From: an uncultured Haloferula sp.
GTDB lineage: Bacteria; Verrucomicrobiota; Verrucomicrobiia; Verrucomicrobiales; Akkermansiaceae
Direction of reading: 5' to 3'
Assembly: GCA_965652295.1 (NCBI GenBank)
Contig: CBFGTS010000011.1
Span: forward strand, 101,246 to 165,245
DNA: 64,000 bases
Positions 26,701 through 36,405 of this stretch are shown piece after piece (position 1 is the stretch's first letter; each line of letters opens with the position of its first letter). Position numbers and translations under genes: made by a program. The notes under the pieces were generated by a model, which ran no database searches, was not told the origin of the DNA, and saw nothing but the letters and a program-made list of their open reading frames with translations.

Positions 26701-28491
26701 ATGAGCGACGAGACCACCAACGCGTCCCCGGCCGACACCGCGGAAGCCCCTCCGAAGGCAACCAAGGCCGCCAAGAAGGCAGCGAAGACCGCCGCGAAAA
26801 AAGCGACGAAGAAAATCGCTGCCAAAAAGACGGCAAAGAAGGCTGCTAAGAAAGTCGCTGCGAAGAAAACCGCGCGAAAAGTGGACGCAGAAGCTCAGGG
26901 AAGGCTCGACTTCGAGGCACCCGCACCGACTCCAAAGGCCGCGGAGTCATCGGTGGAAACGAAGCCCGAACCCAAGCCCGAACCCAAGCCGGAATCGAGA
27001 AGTGAGCCGAGGCCGGAACCGAAACCGGAGCCGAGAAACGAATCGAGACCCGAACGCGAGCCGCGGCAAGAGGCCGGGCAGCGTCCCGACTCCGGCGAAA
27101 ATTCCGAAGGGCCGGTGCGTTTCGGTCGTGTTCCGGGAGGCGGGCCGGTTCCGCGGGAAGACGGGGGGGACGACGGAAATTCTCCAGACGGTCAGCAAGG
27201 CGAGCGCCGCAACAAACGCCGCCGCCGCCGGCGGCGCAACAAGCGCGGCCGCGATCAAGAGGGCGAAGGGCACGGACAAGGCCACGAGTCTTCCGATCGG
27301 TCCGATCGCTCCGACCGGCCTCCGCAGCACCATGCCCCACAGCCCCAGCAACAGGAGCGCAGGCAGCCGGTCCTCGAAGGCCCCAAGCTCGAGGTCGATG
27401 GCTTGCTGGAACTCGCGCCGAAGGGCTTTGGTTTCCTCCGCATGCCTTCGAAGAAATTCGAACAGGCAAAGGACGATGTCTTCGTTTCGCCGGAACTCAT
27501 CCGCAGCCATGCACTGCGCGTCGGTCAATGGATCCACGGACTCTATCAGGAAGGACCACGCGGCCCCCAATTGGTCGAGATTCTGCAGATCAATGGCGAG
27601 GACCCCGAGCGGGCCAAAAAATGGCCCGCCTTCGAGGAACTCAAGGCGGTCAACCCCAGCAAACGCATCTCTTTCGAGACAGAGGCCAGCCGCTTCACCA
27701 CGCGGGTCGTCGATCTGATGTCACCGGTCGCCCGCGGGCAGCGGGGACTGATCGTTTCCCCGCCACGTTCGGGCAAGACCACGGTGATGCTCCACGTCGC
27801 CGAGGCGGTGCGCGAGTTGCACGAGGAAACCCTGCATCTCATGGTGCTGTTGGTCGATGAACGACCGGAGGAGGTCACCGAATTCCGCCGCGCCCTGCCC
27901 GGCGCGGAAATCTACGCCAGCTCCAACGACGAGCATCCGCGCAACCACACCCGGATCGCCGAGATGTGCATCGAGCGCGCCAAGCGTCTTGTGGAGCAAG
28001 GGAAGCATGTCTTCCTGCTGATGGACTCGATCACCCGGCTCGCCCGCGCCTACAACGGCGGCATGCGCGCTGGCAAACGCGGCATCGGCAGCGGTGGTCT
28101 CACCGTTGGGGCGTTGGAGACCCCCCGTCGCCTGTTCGCGGCGGCGCGCAATACGCGTGACGCCGGCTCCCTCACCATCCTCGCCACTGCGCTGGTGCAG
28201 ACGAACAGCCGCGCGGACGATGCCATTTTCCAAGAGTTCAAGGGCACTGGAAACATGGAACTGGTCCTCGATCGCAAGGTCGCCGAGAATTACATCTATC
28301 CCGCCGTGGACATCTTCAAGTCCGGCACGCGACGCGAGGAGCTGATCTTGCCCGAGCACACGCTGCACAAGATTCACATGATCCGCCGCGGCCTCTCAGG
28401 ACACCGTCCGGTCGAGGCCATGGAGCGGCTACTCTATTTCCTAAAAAAATTCCCGAACAATCCCCAGATGTTGCTGGAGATCAAAGGGTGA
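26701..28491 (+). CDS. rho: Transcription termination factor Rho with a long low-complexity N-terminus
   Basis: GFGFLR, GQRGLIVSPPRSGKT, DERPEEVT, DSITRLARA, EFKGTGNME, SGTRREEL motifs. Confidence 0.96.
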   Translation: MSDETTNASPADTAEAPPKATKAAKKAAKTAAKKATKKIAAKKTAKKAAKKVAAKKTARKVDAEAQGRLDFEAPAPTPKAAESSVETKPEPKPEPKPESRSEPRPEPKPEPRNESRPEREPRQEAGQRPDSGENSEGPVRFGRVPGGGPVPREDGGDDGNSPDGQQGERRNKRRRRRRRNKRGRDQEGEGHGQGHESSDRSDRSDRPPQHHAPQPQQQERRQPVLEGPKLEVDGLLELAPKGFGFLRMPSKKFEQAKDDVFVSPELIRSHALRVGQWIHGLYQEGPRGPQLVEILQINGEDPERAKKWPAFEELKAVNPSKRISFETEASRFTTRVVDLMSPVARGQRGLIVSPPRSGKTTVMLHVAEAVRELHEETLHLMVLLVDERPEEVTEFRRALPGAEIYASSNDEHPRNHTRIAEMCIERAKRLVEQGKHVFLLMDSITRLARAYNGGMRAGKRGIGSGGLTVGALETPRRLFAAARNTRDAGSLTILATALVQTNSRADDAIFQEFKGTGNMELVLDRKVAENYIYPAVDIFKSGTRREELILPEHTLHKIHMIRRGLSGHRPVEAMERLLYFLKKFPNNPQMLLEIKG

Positions 28492-28761
28492 TGTCCGGTC
28501 CTCGGATCTTGCGGGCGATTTCCTGAAAAACTCCGGCCTCTGCGGCGTTAAAGGAGAGGAAGGCACGATGAACACGGCGCGTCCGCCGCGGCCTTCCTAC
28601 CCTGACGGACGCTTCAACGATTGGTCCGGCCGGAGCACGAGGTTTTTTGGGTTTTTCCTCGGCGTTCCGGCCGGATCCTCCGTTCAGGGCTCCCATAAAC
28701 GCCGAATCCGAACGTCGGGTTTCTTTACAAAATCCGGGGGGTCTGGCATCCATCCGCCGCA

Positions 28762-31443
28762 ATGTCGGATCTGGCCAAAGCATATGAGCCCCAGGAGGTG
28801 GAGGCGAAGTGGTATGACGCGTGGTTGAAGGGGAAGTGCTTTGAGGCGGACCCCGCCTCGGACAAGCCTGCCTACTCGATCGTCATCCCGCCTCCGAACG
28901 TCACCGGGATCCTCCACCTCGGCCACGTGCTGAACAACGCGCTGCAGGACATTCTCGCCCGCCGTGCCCGCCAAACAGGCCACGAGGTGCTTTGGCTGCC
29001 CGGCACCGACCACGCCGGCATCGCCACCCAGGCGAAGGTCGAGCGCGAACTGCGCGAGAAGGAGGGCCTCAAACGCCGCGAGATGGGCCGTGAGGAGTTC
29101 CTCAACCGCGTCTGGGAGTGGAAGGATAAGCATGGCGGTATCATCATCAAGCAGCTCAAGCGGCTCGGCTGCTCGTGCGATTGGTCGCGCGAGCGCTTCA
29201 CGATGGACGAGGACTACACCCGCTGGGTCGGCCAGGTGTTCGTCGATCTCTTCAAGGAAGGTCTCATCTACCGCGGCAAGCGGATGGTGAACTGGTGCCC
29301 GGTGTCCCTCACCGCGCTATCCGATGAGGAAGTCATCATGACTCCGCAGCGGTCGAGGCTTTACACGATGAAGTACGAACTTGCCGATGCGCCGGGCGAG
29401 TTCCTCCAGATCGCGACGACCCGCCCGGAAACGCTGATGGGAGACGTCGCCGTGGCCGTGAATCCCAAGGACCCGCGCTACGCGGAATACGTGGGCCGCA
29501 AGGTGAAGCGTCCTTTCCCGGCGGCCGAGATCCCGGTCATCGCCGACGACCACGTCGACATCGAGTTCGGGACCGGCGCGCTGAAAATCACTCCGGCGCA
29601 CGACAAGGCGGACTTCGACATCGGGGTCCGGCACGGACTCGAGATCATCGACACGCTCCACGCCGATGGCCGCATCAACTGCCCGGCTTGCCCGGATCTC
29701 GACGGGCTCGACCGCTTTGAAGCGCGCAAGAAAGCGGCGAAGAAGCTCGAAGAAATGGGCCTGCTGCTCAAGGAGGAGGAATACGAGAACAACGTCGGGT
29801 TTTCCGAGCGCGCCAACGTGCCGATCGAGCCGCGTATCTCGATGCAATGGTTCCTCCGCTACCCCTGTGTCGACGAGGCCGCGAAGGCCGTCGCCAGCGG
29901 CGACATCACCTTCCGTCCGGAGCGCTGGCAGAAAACCTACGCGCACTGGATGGAGAACCTGCAGGACTGGTGCATCAGCCGCCAGCTGTGGTGGGGACAT
30001 CAGATCCCGGTGTGGTACCGCAAGGACAAGCTCGACCAACTGAAGGAGGCTGAAGCACTCGGGATGGAGGATTTGGCGAAGGGCGACATCCACGTCGGCC
30101 TGGAGCCGCCCGCCGACGAGAGCGGATGGGTGCGGGACGAGGACGTGATGGACACCTGGTTCAGCTCCTGGTTGTGGCCGTTTGCTACGATGGCTGCCGT
30201 AGGAGAGGAAAGCGAGCTGCTGAAGAAATTCTACCCGACGACCGATCTGGTGACCGGGCCGGACATCATCTTCTTCTGGGTCGCCCGCATGATCATGGCC
30301 GGCTACCGCTTCGAGGGCGGGCTGCCGTTCAAGAACGTCTATTTCACCTCGATCATCCGCGACCTCCAGGGGCGCAAGATGAGCAAGTCGCTCGGCAATT
30401 CTCCGGACCCGATCGACCTGATGGACAAATACGGTGCCGACGGCCTGCGTTTCGGCCTGCTGCGGATCGCACCAGTGGGTGCGGACGTGCGTTTCGACGA
30501 GGTTCAGATCGAAGAAGGCCGGAACTTCGCCAACAAACTCTACAACGCCTGCCGGTTCCGCCAGATGGCCGGGCAGGGAGGCACCGCGGAGCCGTCCTCG
30601 GTCGCCCTGCGGCCGTATCACATCGAAATCATCGCCAAGCTCGATGAACTCGCCGCGGATCTCGACCGGCTCTACGGAGAATACCGTTTCGGGGAGATCG
30701 CCCAGCGGCTCTACGAGTTTTTGTGGAGCGAGTTCTGCGACCGGTTCCTCGAAGCCGTGAAGGCAGACCTTCGCGAGTCGGCCACCGCCGCTGCTCGCAC
30801 CACCACCCTGACCGTGTTCGACTCGGTGATGTCGCGCTACCTGCAACTGCTGCATCCCTACATGCCGCACGTCACCGAAGAGCTTTCGCTGCGCATGGCA
30901 TACGTCGCGGAGGGCGAGTTCCTCATGCAACAACAGCTGGCGTCCGAGCCGCTGCTCAAGGTTTTCGGCGCGGATGCCGCGCTCGCTCGGCGGGCCACCG
31001 GGGTCTATGAGGCGGCCGGGCGGCTTCGTAATCTCAAGGCGGAATACAACGTCGCTTCCCGGCGCGATGTCCGTTTTCTGGTCAAAGCGCCGGCCGCTTG
31101 GTTGGCGGAGGAGTCCGACGTGCTCGCCCAGCTCACTGGGGCCGGTGGGATCGAGATCGACGACAGCTTCGACCCGCCGAAAGGCACTCCCGCCGCGCTG
31201 ACCGGCCTCGGCGAGTTTTACATGCCGTTGGAGGGGCTGATCGATGTTGCCGCGGAGAAAGAGCGGCTCGGCAAGGAAATCGCCAAGATCCGCCAGGAAG
31301 TTGGCAAGTCCGAAGGCAAGCTCGGCAACGCCAGCTTCATCGAGCGCGCTCCCGCCGAAGTGGTCGAACAGGAGAAAACACGCCTTGAGGAATGGCGTTC
31401 CAAGTTGAATCAATTGCAGGAGATGCTTGGGGCCTTGAGCTGA
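28762..31443 (+). CDS. valS: Valine-tRNA ligase
   Basis: PPPNVTGILHLGH, DWCISRQLWWGH, DTWFSS, KMSKS motifs and a C-terminal coiled coil. Confidence 0.97.
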   Translation: MSDLAKAYEPQEVEAKWYDAWLKGKCFEADPASDKPAYSIVIPPPNVTGILHLGHVLNNALQDILARRARQTGHEVLWLPGTDHAGIATQAKVERELREKEGLKRREMGREEFLNRVWEWKDKHGGIIIKQLKRLGCSCDWSRERFTMDEDYTRWVGQVFVDLFKEGLIYRGKRMVNWCPVSLTALSDEEVIMTPQRSRLYTMKYELADAPGEFLQIATTRPETLMGDVAVAVNPKDPRYAEYVGRKVKRPFPAAEIPVIADDHVDIEFGTGALKITPAHDKADFDIGVRHGLEIIDTLHADGRINCPACPDLDGLDRFEARKKAAKKLEEMGLLLKEEEYENNVGFSERANVPIEPRISMQWFLRYPCVDEAAKAVASGDITFRPERWQKTYAHWMENLQDWCISRQLWWGHQIPVWYRKDKLDQLKEAEALGMEDLAKGDIHVGLEPPADESGWVRDEDVMDTWFSSWLWPFATMAAVGEESELLKKFYPTTDLVTGPDIIFFWVARMIMAGYRFEGGLPFKNVYFTSIIRDLQGRKMSKSLGNSPDPIDLMDKYGADGLRFGLLRIAPVGADVRFDEVQIEEGRNFANKLYNACRFRQMAGQGGTAEPSSVALRPYHIEIIAKLDELAADLDRLYGEYRFGEIAQRLYEFLWSEFCDRFLEAVKADLRESATAAARTTTLTVFDSVMSRYLQLLHPYMPHVTEELSLRMAYVAEGEFLMQQQLASEPLLKVFGADAALARRATGVYEAAGRLRNLKAEYNVASRRDVRFLVKAPAAWLAEESDVLAQLTGAGGIEIDDSFDPPKGTPAALTGLGEFYMPLEGLIDVAAEKERLGKEIAKIRQEVGKSEGKLGNASFIERAPAEVVEQEKTRLEEWRSKLNQLQEMLGALS

Positions 31444-31470
31444 GGCAGTTCCGAACCTTCCATTTTACCC

Positions 31471-32598
31471 ATGCCCGCCCTGAAAACCATCCCCGGAATC
31501 TCCGCTGGAGAAATCGAGCTGCTGGAAACCGCCGGCTACTTGGAGACCGGTCACCTCTCCAAGGTTTCTGCAGAGCAGCTTCTCGAGGAACTGGAGAAAG
31601 CCAACGCGATGCTCGAACTCGTGGAGAAACTGCCCACGAAGCGAAGGGTCGAGAACTGGATCCGGAAATCCGGCGGCAAGGCTCCGGCCCGCAAGCGGAC
31701 GAAGGAATCAACGGCGGCCCCAATCAAGAAGGCGGACGAGAAGCGGGAGGGGGAAACCGTCATCAAGCCGGAGGCTCCGGCGGAGATCGTCAACTACGAA
31801 GCGGTCGAGTCGGTGCTGGAAATGATCGAGGGTTCGCCGCTGGCGATTCCGCTGCCAGCCCGTCAGCTCGCGGAGCAGGGGATTGCTCCCTCGGGCATCA
31901 CCGTGGCACCGGTGCTGAATCGGGCTGCGGGCGATCTGGAAATCCGGGTGACCGCCCGCAGCCGGCGGTCGGAGGTCATGCAGCCCCGCAGTGGCGGAAG
32001 ACCCCGGCTGTCCGGAGCGAATGGAGACGATGGAGGCAAGAAGCGGGCTCGGATCGATGTCGACCGCGTACGCTCACTCGCGGAGGCGGACGAATCGCCC
32101 GTCACCGAGCCTCTCTCTCGCACGCAGGTCGATGAGCGGCTCAAGCTGCTCACGACCGCCCGCGAGGCGACCAACCGCGGTCGCAACCGCGACAGCCGCT
32201 TCTTCATCCGGGGCGTGCTGCACGATCGGCCGGTGCTTGTCACATTCGGCTCGCTGATTGTGCTACTGCTGGCGCTCGATATTCCCTTGGCGGTCGTCTC
32301 ATCGATCCTGCTGGTGCTTTCCGACGAGTCGACCGGAGCCCTGACCTGGGTGCCCGGCTGGTTTCTGGCGTTCCCCGTCGCATTTCCCATCCTCGGCCTG
32401 CTTTACCTACTGGCCTCGATTCGCGTGAAATGCCGCGTTTGCGGCCAGCGCGAGTTTGTTCCCCGGCACTGCCTGAAGCACGTCAAAGCCCATCACATTC
32501 CCGGTCTCGGCCATACCATCCCGCTGGCCGCGCACGTTCTGCTCTTCAGGTGGTTCCACTGCACCTTCTGCGGCACCGCGGTGCGGATCAAGGAGTGA
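31471..32598 (+). CDS. Hypothetical membrane protein: DUF4332/HhH-like N-terminus, 2 TM segments, C-terminal CxxC...CxxC
   Basis: LKTIPGISAGEIELLETAGY, hydrophobic segments, CRVCG and CTFCG. Confidence 0.6.
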   Translation: MPALKTIPGISAGEIELLETAGYLETGHLSKVSAEQLLEELEKANAMLELVEKLPTKRRVENWIRKSGGKAPARKRTKESTAAPIKKADEKREGETVIKPEAPAEIVNYEAVESVLEMIEGSPLAIPLPARQLAEQGIAPSGITVAPVLNRAAGDLEIRVTARSRRSEVMQPRSGGRPRLSGANGDDGGKKRARIDVDRVRSLAEADESPVTEPLSRTQVDERLKLLTTAREATNRGRNRDSRFFIRGVLHDRPVLVTFGSLIVLLLALDIPLAVVSSILLVLSDESTGALTWVPGWFLAFPVAFPILGLLYLLASIRVKCRVCGQREFVPRHCLKHVKAHHIPGLGHTIPLAAHVLLFRWFHCTFCGTAVRIKE

Positions 32599-33379
32599 GG
32601 TCGCCGGCCTCCGGAAACCAGAAGTGGACGAAGGGGTTGAGGCATTTCTCCAACGCGACGGTGCTTGGCGAGCCGTGGCCGGGAAGAAGCAAGGCGGTGC
32701 CCGGGAGTTTGGCGAGGGCCGCGCCAAGGGTGCGGCAGGCGGTTTGGAAGACGGCGGCATCGGGACATCCCCCCATGGAGCTGGCGAAAACCGCATCGCC
32801 AGCGGCAAAGGCGACTTCATCGCTACGGCGGATCTCGTAGCCGAGCGCGTGAGGGTGGTGACCGGCGAGGTCATGGACGGTGATCCGCAGGTCGCCGATG
32901 GTGCGGGTTTCTCCGGGGAAAAGGTCAGCCGGGCGGACGACTGGCACCTCCGACGGCAGGGCGGCGAGCCCGCCGATGTGGTCGTGGTGCTCGTGGGTGA
33001 TCCAAACCTGATCCGGAAGTTCGTAGTTCAGGGCTGACCGGAGGTCCGCAGCGCGCAAACCGGTATCGATGAGGACCTTGGCGGAGTCGCTTTCGATCCA
33101 CCAGGCGTTCACCGTCTCGTCGTCGAACGGAAGCTCCAGTCGCCGGATCCAGGCAGGGAGTTTGGGAAAGGTGCGGTTTCCCGAAAGGGCCTTCAGGCCA
33201 TCGACTTTCAAGCCGGCTGCCTTGGCGATGAGATCAAGGGACAGGTCGTCGTTTTCCAGCCGTTGCCGGAATTCCCGGAGGTCGTAGCCCAGTCGGGAGG
33301 CGATGGCGGCCGGTTCGAGATCGAGGCCGATCATGGCCTTGCGCAGGACGTCGGGCAGGGTGTCGTAGAGCGTCATCAC
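32588..33379 (-). CDS. MBL-fold metallo-hydrolase
   Basis: IDTG, THEHHDH, GH, GD, PGHG motifs. Confidence 0.85.
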   Translation of the reverse strand: MMTLYDTLPDVLRKAMIGLDLEPAAIASRLGYDLREFRQRLENDDLSLDLIAKAAGLKVDGLKALSGNRTFPKLPAWIRRLELPFDDETVNAWWIESDSAKVLIDTGLRAADLRSALNYELPDQVWITHEHHDHIGGLAALPSEVPVVRPADLFPGETRTIGDLRITVHDLAGHHPHALGYEIRRSDEVAFAAGDAVFASSMGGCPDAAVFQTACRTLGAALAKLPGTALLLPGHGSPSTVALEKCLNPFVHFWFPEAGDLTP

Positions 33380-34245
33380 GGCCGGGCAAGCCGGGCGGCC
33401 AAGCGGATCGCGGCAAGCATCGAAAGGTGCGAAGCGACGCCCTTGCCGGCGATATCGAATGCCGTGCCGTGATCCGGGCTGGTGCGGGGTTTCGGGAGAC
33501 CGAGGGTGAGGTTCACGGCCGTGTCGAAATCGATCAGTTTCAAGGGGATCAATCCCTGGTCATGATACATCGCGAGCACGGCGTCGTAGCGGCCTTGCGC
33601 GGCGTCGCGGAACACGGCGTCGGGCACGCAGGGGCCGATGAAGGTGGCGTCGTCCGTGGCGGAAAGCTCGGCGATGGCCGGAGCGATGAGATCGATCTCT
33701 TCGCGGCCGAACTTTCCTCCCTCGCCGGCGTGGGGATTGAGACCGGCGATGGCGATGACCGGCTCGCGCGCTGTGCGGAGCCGTGCGAAGTCGGCCAGCA
33801 GTCGGCCGACGCGGACGATCTCGTCGCCGGTGAGCTGTGACGTCACCTCCGAGTAGGGAATATGAATCGTCGCCAGACCGACCGTGAGTCGCTCGCCGCT
33901 GAGACACATGGCGAAGTCGCGGGTGCCCGACGTTTCCGCGAAAAACTCGGTTTGGCCGGGATGGCGGAAACCCACGCGTTCGAGTTGCGCCTTGGAAACC
34001 GGGCCGGTCACAATCGCCGCGACGTCCGGATCACGGGTCCAGCGCTCGGCCGCCGCTTCCAGAGCGCGGAGGCTTTCGCGGGCGGATCGTTCGTCGGGGC
34101 GGCCGGGGGTGCCTTCGGCGGCATTCCCCACCACTTCAAAATCGAAGCCCTCGGGCAAATCCGGGGAAGCCAGCGCGGTCTGAATGACCTCGGGTCCGAT
34201 GCCCGCGGGATCGCCCAAGGTGATCAGGATCTTTCGTCCGGCCAT
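33376..34245 (-). CDS. pdxA: 4-hydroxythreonine-4-phosphate dehydrogenase
   Basis: GDPAGIGPE, LNPHAGE, MYHDQG, RTSPDHGTA motifs. Confidence 0.95.
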   Translation of the reverse strand: MAGRKILITLGDPAGIGPEVIQTALASPDLPEGFDFEVVGNAAEGTPGRPDERSARESLRALEAAAERWTRDPDVAAIVTGPVSKAQLERVGFRHPGQTEFFAETSGTRDFAMCLSGERLTVGLATIHIPYSEVTSQLTGDEIVRVGRLLADFARLRTAREPVIAIAGLNPHAGEGGKFGREEIDLIAPAIAELSATDDATFIGPCVPDAVFRDAAQGRYDAVLAMYHDQGLIPLKLIDFDTAVNLTLGLPKPRTSPDHGTAFDIAGKGVASHLSMLAAIRLAARLARP

Positions 34246-34252
34246 GGGACGG

Positions 34253-35269
34253 TCACATCTTGATGTCGATCATCGCCCGGCGGCGCAGGTCCTTGATCCA
34301 CGCCTCGTAGCGCTCGGAAGTCTTCTTGGCGCGGACGCGCTGGTCGATGACTTCCTTGACTTCGGAAAGCGAGGGGGTCGGGCCTTTCTGGATCTTTTCC
34401 ACCTTGGCGATAGTGAAGCCAGCGGGATCCTCGAGCGGACCGAGGACGGTGCCGGGCTCGGCTTTGAAAAGAATGGCGGCGAACTCCGGAGAGAGATCCG
34501 GGCGGGGGACGTTCGTCTGCAGGCCTCCTTCGGACGCGAAAGCGTCGGCGGAATGCTCCTTCGCCAGTTCCGCGAAGTCGGCACCTGTCTTGAGCTTCTC
34601 GGTGATCGATTCCGCCAGCGCGAGCTGGGTTTCGGGCGTGGCCAGCGGGTTGGCCGCATCGAGCCGGGGAATGAAGATTTTCCGGTAGTCGAGCTCGTCC
34701 TTGCTGGTATCCCGCATCGCGTCCTTCGCGAGCTGATACTCGGCTTGGATCTCCGAAGGCATCGGCGGCGGAGCGTCCTTGAATTTCTCCTGACGCATGG
34801 CCTGGACGATCATTTTCTCGCGGGTGAGCTCGCGGTAGGAGGCCATGCTCATCCGCGCTTTGGCGAGTTCGTCGCGAAGCTTCTGTGTGTTCCCGTTGTA
34901 GAGTTCGCGGACCTGACGGTCGATCTCCTGATCGACGACCCGCTCCGGCAGCTTGGCTCCTTTCTGTTCGCGCTTGCGGAACTCGCTCATGATGAGCTCC
35001 CGGTCCACCAGCTCATCGAGAACCTTCTTTTTCGCGGCCTCGAACTGACGTTCGAACTCCGGTCCGCGTCGCGGAAACTCCGCCATCAGCCGACCGACTT
35101 CCGGCCCGAGCATCACGCCGACTTCCTTGGCGGTGATCGGCCTGGCGTTGACCGTGGCGGCAATGCGGTTGACCTCCACCAGCCCGCCACCCTCGGGTTG
35201 CTGCTGGGCGGCTGCGGGGAGGAGGGAAATCAAAGAGAGTCCAAGAAACCGGAGATTCTTCGTGAGCAC
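34253..35269 (-). CDS. surA: SurA-like peptidyl-prolyl isomerase/chaperone
   Basis: Signal peptide, NRIAATVN, GADFAELAKEHS parvulin motif, surA-pdxA order. The GTG start is approximate. Confidence 0.8.
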   Translation of the reverse strand: MLTKNLRFLGLSLISLLPAAAQQQPEGGGLVEVNRIAATVNARPITAKEVGVMLGPEVGRLMAEFPRRGPEFERQFEAAKKKVLDELVDRELIMSEFRKREQKGAKLPERVVDQEIDRQVRELYNGNTQKLRDELAKARMSMASYRELTREKMIVQAMRQEKFKDAPPPMPSEIQAEYQLAKDAMRDTSKDELDYRKIFIPRLDAANPLATPETQLALAESITEKLKTGADFAELAKEHSADAFASEGGLQTNVPRPDLSPEFAAILFKAEPGTVLGPLEDPAGFTIAKVEKIQKGPTPSLSEVKEVIDQRVRAKKTSERYEAWIKDLRRRAMIDIKM

Positions 35270-35339
35270 GCGTGATGGTTTCCCCGGAGGGGGCAGGATT
35301 GCAAGCGGCGAAAAGCGGTGGGACGGGCCGGGGGCCAAT

Positions 35340-35370
35340 AAAAAACCCCGCGCCATGGCGGCGGGGGGTT
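35340..35370 (-). terminator. Terminator after the lipoprotein gene
   Basis: GC-rich hairpin with a T tail on the minus strand. Confidence 0.55.
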
Positions 35371-35398
35371 GGGATGCTCGAACCAAGGACCCTCAGGA

Positions 35399-35812
35399 TT
35401 ATTCGGGGGTGGCCTCTGGTTCGACGGCTTCTTCTTTGGTTCCTTCGACCGCCTCTTTCGCGCTTTCAAGCGCTTCGGCGGCGGCGTCACGCGCCTTGGC
35501 GGCGGCGTCCGCTGCGGCATCGGCGGCTTGGCTGCCGACCTCCGAGGCGGCTTCCGCGGCAGCGTCAGCGGCGTCTTTGGTGGCATCGACCGCCTCTTCG
35601 CTGGCGGCCTTGGCTTCATCGGCCGCTTCGGAAGCCTTTTCCATGGCCTCATCGGTGGCGTCCTTCATGCTTTCGCCCGCGCTTTCAGCGGCTTCGGCGA
35701 CGGAATCGGCGGCACCGGACATGTTTTCTTTCATTTCGGCCTGGTCGGATTCCGAGCAGGCGATCAAGGCGAGGGGCAGGCCCGCGAGAATAAGTGCTTG
35801 AGTCAGTTTCAT
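35399..35812 (-). CDS. Ala/Glu-rich lipoprotein
   Basis: Signal peptide with lipobox LIAC and a repetitive acidic helical body. Confidence 0.8.
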   Translation of the reverse strand: MKLTQALILAGLPLALIACSESDQAEMKENMSGAADSVAEAAESAGESMKDATDEAMEKASEAADEAKAASEEAVDATKDAADAAAEAASEVGSQAADAAADAAAKARDAAAEALESAKEAVEGTKEEAVEPEATPE

Positions 35813-35951
35813 CTTTGGATGTGTTGATGGGGTTGCGTTGGGACAAGGAGGAGCAGCTCCACCTTTCCGCTCGGATTCGATCTAACGCCCCGTTTGACGC
35901 GAGGTCAAACTTTCAACCGATCGAGTCATCCCGGTCCACTCGTGAGATCCC

Positions 35952-36125
35952 ATGGAAACTGTTGAAATCCAATGCCCCACCTGTTTTGAGTGGTTCGAAG
36001 TCGTGGTGCCCGAAACTTCCGGATCGACGATCGAGATGGACTACGACTGCGAAGTTTGCTGCCGCCCGATGGTGGTGGTGGCCGGGCCTGGCGGTGTGTT
36101 CGCCAAGTCCCTCGGCGACTCATGA
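35952..36125 (+). CDS. CPXCG-motif cysteine-rich small protein (57 aa)
   Basis: Manual translation METVEIQCPTCFEWFEVVVPETSGSTIEMDYDCEVCCRPMVVVAGPGGVFAKSLGDS; below the ORF-track length cutoff. Confidence 0.85.
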   Translation: METVEIQCPTCFEWFEVVVPETSGSTIEMDYDCEVCCRPMVVVAGPGGVFAKSLGDS

Positions 36126-36405
36126 AGCTGGCGACTTCCGTGATCCTGCCCACGTCGATTGCGGGCGGGAAGTCGATCGCAGTCGGGGATTCGAAACGGC
36201 CAAGGGCTTTGTAGTCGCTGGATGAACTCGTCTCCTGTTAGCAGGAGATTCTCAGAAACGTCGACTTCCTGTCACACAAGCTTCATGTGCCGACAATGTC
36301 TTTTGGACAGGGCCGGCCACCGAATTCCTTCAACGACTTTTCCCAACGCCCGCCTCGGGTCTTATCCCCCGGTAACGAATCCTGCCATTTCCTGTAGATA
36401 TCCCC

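Noticed and set aside
28492..28761. T-box riboswitch before valS
   Set aside because: No TGGNACC T-box or stem I AG/GNUG motifs, and a probable promoter lies immediately before the ATG.
28568..28828. 86-aa ORF with an SD-like sequence upstream of valS
   Set aside because: It runs through strong palindromes, overlaps valS out of frame and has no recognisable motifs.
29317..31413. Long antisense ORFs (this one, and 3763..5337, 9431..11143, 21973..23763, 43938..45833, 60488..62098)
   Set aside because: They mirror well-supported genes on the other strand, as expected from high-GC codon bias, and lack motifs.
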